The notes under the pieces are model-generated. The model was not told the origin of the DNA. It did no database searches and saw nothing but the letters and a program-made list of their open reading frames with translations. A stretch of DNA of 64,000 nucleotides from an uncultured Candidatus Rokubacteria bacterium. Lineage in GTDB: Bacteria > Methylomirabilota > Methylomirabilia > Rokubacteriales > CSP1-6. Where the stretch lies: contig CAWJDX010000010.1 of assembly GCA_963841755.1 (NCBI GenBank), forward strand, positions 73,808-137,807, in the 5' to 3' direction. Each line of letters starts with the position of its first letter. The first letter of the stretch is position 1. The position numbers were made by a program, and so were the translations under genes. This document shows positions 60,078 to 64,000 of this stretch, one piece after another.

Positions 60078-60422
60078 ATGAAAAAGACACTCTTGGTCCT
60101 TCTGCTGGTCGTCGGGGTTCTCGCGCTCACCGTCACCCCTGGCTACACCTGGGGCCACTGGCGCGGGGGAGTCTTCGTCGGGGTCGGGCCCTACTGGGGC
60201 CCTTATCCCTACTACTACTACCCGCCTCCGCCCCCGTACTACTATTCGCCGCCCACCGTGGTGATCGAGCAGCCGCCGGTCTACGTCGAGCAGCCCGCGC
60301 CGCCTCCGGCGCCGCAGGCGCCCACCGCGTTCTGGTACTACTGCTCGAGCGCGAAGGGCTACTACCCGACGGTTCCGAGCTGCCCGGAGGAATGGGTGAA
60401 GGTGCCGGAGCGGCCGCGGTGA
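60078..60422 (+). CDS. Small exported Tyr/Pro-rich protein with C-terminal WYYC…YYP-V--CP--W--VP motif
   Basis: Intact 114 aa: MKKTLLVLLLVVGVLALTV signal; …GPYWGPYPYYYYPPPPPYYYSPP…; …FWYYCSSAKGYYPTVPSCPEEWVKVPERP. Confidence 0.6.
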   Translation: MKKTLLVLLLVVGVLALTVTPGYTWGHWRGGVFVGVGPYWGPYPYYYYPPPPPYYYSPPTVVIEQPPVYVEQPAPPPAPQAPTAFWYYCSSAKGYYPTVPSCPEEWVKVPERPR

Positions 60423-61041
60423 ATCGGTTGACACCATCTCGCACCGGCGCCTCCGCGTCGATGCCGGGCCCGGCGCTCGCGTCCGTCATCGGGGCCGTGA
60501 TCGTCGCGCTGGTGGTGAGCGGGTGCGCCAGCGTCCCGACCGGGCCGAGCGTGATGGTCATGCCGGGCACCGGCAAGAGCTTCGAGACCTTCCAGGTCGA
60601 CGACGCGGTATGCCGCCAGTGGGCGGCGCAGCAGACCGGTACCACGACCAACAAGGCCGCCACCGAGAGCACGGTGGGGGGCGCCGCGATCGGCACGCTG
60701 GTGGGCGCGGCGGCGGGCGCGGCGCTCGGGGCCGCCGCGGGCAATCCGGCCATCGGCGCCGCCGCGGGTGCCGGCGTGGGACTCCTCGGCGGTACCGCGA
60801 TCGGAGCGAGCCGTGCCGACGCGTACGGCGGCTCGGTCCAGCGTCGTTACGACATGTCGTACACGCAGTGCATGTACGCCAAGGGCAACCAGGTCCCGAT
60901 GGCGCGCGGCTCGCGGGTCCAGCCGCCGGCCTATAGCGCGTCGCCGCCGCCCCCCCGCCTCCTCCGCCGCCCGCCGCGGTGGCGCCCAGCACGCCGCCGC
61001 CTCCGCCGGGCCCGCCGCCTCCTCCGCCGCCGACCCGGTAG
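60419..61041 (+). CDS. Glycine-zipper lipoprotein with poly-Pro tail, frameshift in a C7 run (60950-60956)
   Basis: GTGA overlap with the upstream stop (alternative ATG at 60461). Lipobox LVVSGC, Gly-zipper …GGAAIGTLVGAAAGAALGAAAGNPAIGAAAGAGVGLLGG…, and …YTQCMYAKGN…. After the shift the tail is PPPPPPAAVAPSTPPPPPGPPPPPPPTR* (TAG 61039-61041). Confidence 0.6.
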
Positions 61042-61147
61042 ATTCGCCGACGAGCTGATCGCTCGTCAGATCCAGACCGCTCAGCTCGCGCACGTCACCT
61101 CTCCGTCGAGCGACGCGCGTCCACCCTGTCCCGGCGCTACGGCCGGG

Positions 61148-61540
61148 CTACGGCCGCCGCGGCGGAGGGGGCGGCGGGACCACCGTCGTGCCCGCGGGCA
61201 CCCAGACCCAGTAGTACGGCGACGCCGTGGTGCCCTCTCCGTAGAGCTGATAGCGGCCGTCCGTCGTCGCGCTCGCGATACGGGCCGGCGGCGGAGGCGG
61301 CGGAGTCGGAGTGGTCCCGGCCGGCACCCAGACCCAGTAGTACGGCGAGGCGGTGGTGCCGCTGCCGTAGAGCTGGTAGCGGCCGCCCGGATAGTCGACG
61401 GTCGAGTTCGGCGCGCCGAGCACCGCGCCGGTGGTCGGCGGGTACGTGGGGTCCTGCACCGCGGTGCAGCCGCCGAGCAGGGCCACCGCGAGCGACGCGG
61501 GCACGACGAGACGCGTGGAGCGCTGGATCGCACGATTCAT
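61148..61540 (-). CDS. Lipoprotein with two tandem copies of a GRYQLYG-GTTASPYYWVWVPAGTT-PPPPPP module
   Basis: Intact 130 aa: MNRAIQRSTRLVVPASLAVALLGGC lipobox. GGGAGG lies upstream of the ATG. Confidence 0.65.
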   Translation of the reverse strand: MNRAIQRSTRLVVPASLAVALLGGCTAVQDPTYPPTTGAVLGAPNSTVDYPGGRYQLYGSGTTASPYYWVWVPAGTTPTPPPPPPARIASATTDGRYQLYGEGTTASPYYWVWVPAGTTVVPPPPPPRRP

Positions 61541-61567
61541 GATCGAATCCTCCCTGGCGCGGGAGAG

Positions 61568-61583
61568 AGCATGCGCTGTGCCA
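61568..61583 (-). promoter_or_regulatory. Candidate sigma-54 (-24/-12) promoter of the repeat lipoprotein gene
   Basis: The minus strand reads TGGCACagcgcATGCt (one core mismatch, T to A at -14). The -12 GC lies 28 nt upstream of the ATG at 61540, leaving room for the GGGAGG RBS. Confidence 0.45.
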
Positions 61584-61708
61584 CGCGCGGCCGCGCCGGG
61601 AAAATCACCGAAAAGAGAAGGAAAAGAGAGACGGCCGCCGACCCCGCTCCCATCCGGCCCGGGCCCCGCGAGGAGGATCTACCGGGCAAGGCTTACCGCG
61701 TTCGCGGG

Positions 61709-62209
61709 TCAGCGAAACGCGGGCAGCACCGTGGATTCGCGCCGACGATCTCCGCCGTCCGGCCGCTGAATCGGCAGCAGCACCAGCGGGACCGTGACCG
61801 TCCGCGCGAGATACCAGGCGCGGAGATGGTGACGGAAGCCAGGTCGCGCGGGAGCGGCCAGGCCGATGAGGTCCGCGCCCCAGGCGTGGGCCTCGACGGC
61901 CAGCTCGGTGGCGAGCCGGCCGAACCGCACGACCTGCTCGACCTCGACCTCTCCGAAGTCCCAGGCGAGCGCCCGCATGCGATCCTGCGCGATCTCGGTC
62001 AGCCGGACCATCTCGCGGTCGGTGTCCGCGACGACCCGGTCGTGGTGATCGACCCGCGGCGGCGGGAGCGGCTGCATCCACGCCATCCGCACCATGCCGC
62101 CGCTCTCGCGGGCCAACGCGGCCGCGCTGCGGGCCGCGCTCTCCAGGGCCGGGGCCACGGTCGGCGTGATCACCATCAGCACCCGCTTCGCCCGCCCGGG
62201 CGTGCTCAT
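61709..62209 (-). CDS. Universal stress protein (UspA family)
   Basis: Start at MSTPGRAKRVLMVITP (166 aa; C-terminal part of ORF 61709..62557). Contains …ADLIGLAAPARPGFRHHL… (G-x2-G-x9-G-S/T-like ATP motif region). ATGA overlap with the upstream gene. Confidence 0.75.
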   Translation of the reverse strand: MSTPGRAKRVLMVITPTVAPALESAARSAAALARESGGMVRMAWMQPLPPPRVDHHDRVVADTDREMVRLTEIAQDRMRALAWDFGEVEVEQVVRFGRLATELAVEAHAWGADLIGLAAPARPGFRHHLRAWYLARTVTVPLVLLPIQRPDGGDRRRESTVLPAFR

Positions 62210-62511
62210 GCGGGGTCCACCACGAGCTCGTAGTGGGCGGGCAGGCGTGCGATGACCGCGCCGGACACGCTCGCGATGAGGAACTCGTAGCCGCCGGGCG
62301 CGCTGATGTGCACGCGGCCGGACCGCCAGGCCACCCGCGGCTCCACGCGCACCGACAGGACCGACTCGCCTCCCAGCACCCGGTTCGCGGCCGCGCTGAT
62401 GTCCGCGCGCACGTGATCGGCCCGCCGACGAAGCCGATCCTGCCGTCCACTCCAGAGCAGCGCGCCCACCACCGGGCCGATGCCGATCAACACTCCCACG
62501 ATGTCGCTCAC
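62206..62511 (-). CDS. Small (101 aa) N-terminally membrane-anchored hypothetical protein
   Basis: GTG start preceded by AAGGAG (7-nt spacing): VSDIVGVLIGIGPVVGALLW TM helix, then a soluble beta-rich part …VLSVRVEPRVAWRSGRVHISAPGGYEFLIASV…. Confidence 0.5.
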   Translation of the reverse strand: MSDIVGVLIGIGPVVGALLWSGRQDRLRRRADHVRADISAAANRVLGGESVLSVRVEPRVAWRSGRVHISAPGGYEFLIASVSGAVIARLPAHYELVVDPA

Positions 62512-62532
62512 GTGACGTCTCCTTTTCAAAAG

Positions 62533-62566
62533 AAAAAACGCCGTCGCTCTGATGCAAGCGACGACG
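62533..62566 (-). terminator. Intrinsic-terminator-like hairpin plus U6 inside the 5' leader of the 62511 operon (possible attenuator)
   Basis: The minus strand reads CGTCGTCGC-ttgcatcaga-GCGACGGCG-TTTTTT, ending about 20 nt upstream of the AAGGAG RBS. Confidence 0.4.
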
Positions 62567-62607
62567 CTCGATTGGAGCCCCGCCCGGCGCTCCGGAAGAG
62601 AAAATTC

Positions 62608-62623
62608 TGCAGCGATCGTGCCA
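62608..62623 (-). promoter_or_regulatory. Candidate sigma-54 (-24/-12) promoter of the small-membrane-protein/USP operon
   Basis: The minus strand reads TGGCACGatcgCTGCa (matches TGGCACG-N4-TTGCW except one T to C), about 97 nt upstream of the GTG at 62511. Confidence 0.5.
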
Positions 62624-62813
62624 TGCGTCATCGCGCGCGAGCGCATGGCGCGTTCGACGTTACGGGGAGGCGAGTTAGCCGTACCTGCGTCACGCCAGGC
62701 CCGCCATCGGGCGAGGGCAGCGCGCCGCTCAGCGCGTGAGCAGATCGGCGCGACCGCGCCTGATTTTTTCTCACCCTGGCCTAGCCCGGGCGAATCGGCT
62801 AGCATCTGCTGCC

Positions 62814-64000
62814 ATGACGAGAGACGAGCTGAAGGGGCGGGTGTTCGCGGCGATCGACCGTCGCGCGACGGAGATCGTCGCGCTCGGCGAGCGGATCCGC
62901 AAGCACCCGGAGATGGGATTCAAGGAAGCGAAGACCGCCGGCCTCGTGCAGGAGACGCTCGGCCGCCTGGGCATGACCCCGCGTACCGGCCTCGCCATGA
63001 CCGGAGTGCGCGCGGAGGCGCGCGGGCGCGGGGGCGACGGCCCGACGTTCGCGCTGATCGGCGAGCTGGACGGCCTGCGCGTGACCGGGCACCCCGAGGC
63101 CGATCCCGCGACCGGCGTCGCGCACGCCTGCGGGCACAACGCGCAGATCGCGGGCATGCTCGGCGCGGCGATGGGTCTCTTCGACGCGGGCGCGTTCGAG
63201 CACCTCGCCGGCCGCGTGGTCTTCTTCGGCGTGCCCGCCGAGGAGGGCGGCGACATCGAGTGGCGGCAGGAGCAGATCCGGGCCGGCCGGCTCGAGTTCC
63301 CGTGCGGCAAGCAGGAGCTGATGCGCCTCGGCCTCTTCGACGACGTGGACCTCGCGATGATGATCCACACCAACTGGCGCGCGGAGGACGGCAAGGCGGG
63401 CGTCCCCGCGTCGAACAACGGCCGGGTGGGCAAGACCGCGCGCTTCATCGGGCGGGCCGCGCACGCGGGAGGCGCGCCCCACATGGGGGTGAACGCGCTC
63501 TACGCGGCGCAGATCGCGCTGGCCGGGATCAACGCGGTTCGCGAGACGTTCCGCGACGAGGACTCGATCCGGGTGCACCCGATCCTCACCCACGGGGGCT
63601 CGCAGGTGAACGTCATCCCCGGCGAGGCGCGCCTGGAGATGTACGTGCGCGGGAAGACTCCCGAGGGAGTGGCCGACGCGAGCCGCCGGGTCGACCGCGC
63701 GCTCCGCGCCGGCGCGCTCGCGCTCGGAGCCCAGGTCGAGATCGACACCCTGCCGGGACCGATGCCGCTCCGGTGCGACCGCACGATGGCCCGGCTCTTC
63801 GAGACGACCGCGCGAGGCCTGGTCGGCCCCGAGCACTACCGCGACATCCCGCATCGCTCCGGCTCCACGGACATGGGCGACCTGAGCCAGGTGATGCCGG
63901 TGCTGCATCCCTACATGGGCGGGGCCCGCGGGCCGGGCCACTCCGCCGACTTCGCGATCGTCGACCCGGACCTGGGCTACGTGCAGCCGGCCAAGGCCCT
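62814..64000 (+). CDS. M20D-type amidohydrolase/peptidase (AbgB / aminoacylase-like), 3' end outside window
   Basis: My own translation (not in the ORF track because there is no stop in the window): MTRDELKGRVFAAIDRRATEIVALGERIRKHPEMGFKE…AHACGHNAQIAGMLGAA…FFGVPAEEGG…HTNW…GRAAHAGGAPHMGVNAL…THGGSQVNVIPGEA…GSTDMGDLS…. Confidence 0.8.
   Translation, partial: MTRDELKGRVFAAIDRRATEIVALGERIRKHPEMGFKEAKTAGLVQETLGRLGMTPRTGLAMTGVRAEARGRGGDGPTFALIGELDGLRVTGHPEADPATGVAHACGHNAQIAGMLGAAMGLFDAGAFEHLAGRVVFFGVPAEEGGDIEWRQEQIRAGRLEFPCGKQELMRLGLFDDVDLAMMIHTNWRAEDGKAGVPASNNGRVGKTARFIGRAAHAGGAPHMGVNALYAAQIALAGINAVRETFRDEDSIRVHPILTHGGSQVNVIPGEARLEMYVRGKTPEGVADASRRVDRALRAGALALGAQVEIDTLPGPMPLRCDRTMARLFETTARGLVGPEHYRDIPHRSGSTDMGDLSQVMPVLHPYMGGARGPGHSADFAIVDPDLGYVQPAKA

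Noticed and set aside
62744-62770. Plus-strand GC hairpin followed by TTTTTT that could be a terminator or the end of a plus-strand sRNA
   Set aside because: The stem is only about 4-6 bp with a 2-6 nt loop, and there is no upstream plus-strand gene or promoter. On the minus strand the A-tract lies upstream of the sigma-54 promoter region. I kept it only as a remark.

Overview
Very GC-rich bacterial chromosomal segment (about 70% GC by eye) with roughly 58 protein-coding genes on both strands. I recognised no rRNA, tRNA, CRISPR array, transposase, integrase or phage gene. Enzymes: 4 luciferase-like (LLM/F420-type) oxidoreductases, 2 PF04909-type amidohydrolases, an amidase with an AtzG/GatC-like small partner, thiolase+DUF35, a family-III CoA-transferase, a class-III aminotransferase, 2 M20 peptidases, SDR, VOC, cupin, SAM-methyltransferase, several alpha/beta hydrolases, NudC and a CinA/PncC-like protein. 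Transport: 4 family-5 ABC binding proteins, two binding-protein/permease/permease loci without ATPase genes, and one complete sugar-type ABC operon. Signalling: a V4R/GAF histidine kinase followed by a REC-adenylate cyclase and a REC-sigma54 activator, plus a GAF-GAF-PAS hybrid kinase. There is also a ROK kinase operon with tandem alpha/beta-hydrolase::glycosyltransferase fusions, and a cluster of small Tyr/Pro/Trp-rich exported proteins. The most interesting non-coding signals are: (1) four near-consensus sigma-54 (-24/-12) promoters, including a divergent pair each preceded by the same 15-bp palindrome; (2) a perfect 46-bp inverted repeat (175-bp element) inside the sugar ABC operon; (3) two families of palindromic REP-like elements placed exactly at convergent gene junctions; (4) a terminator-containing leader upstream of a small-membrane-protein/USP operon. 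No defence, mobile or obviously new multi-gene system was found. Major caveat: about 20 genes are frame-disrupted by roughly 50 single-base indels. These are strongly clustered (about 7.8-15.4 kb and 22.9-31.1 kb), while 46-58 kb is clean. This looks more like local consensus or assembly error than decay, but sequence alone cannot decide it. All family names come from motif recognition by eye, with no database search. The lineage guess (a high-GC soil lineage such as Rokubacteria/Methylomirabilota-like) is inference only. Coordinates of hand-placed starts and sites may be off by 1-2 nt.
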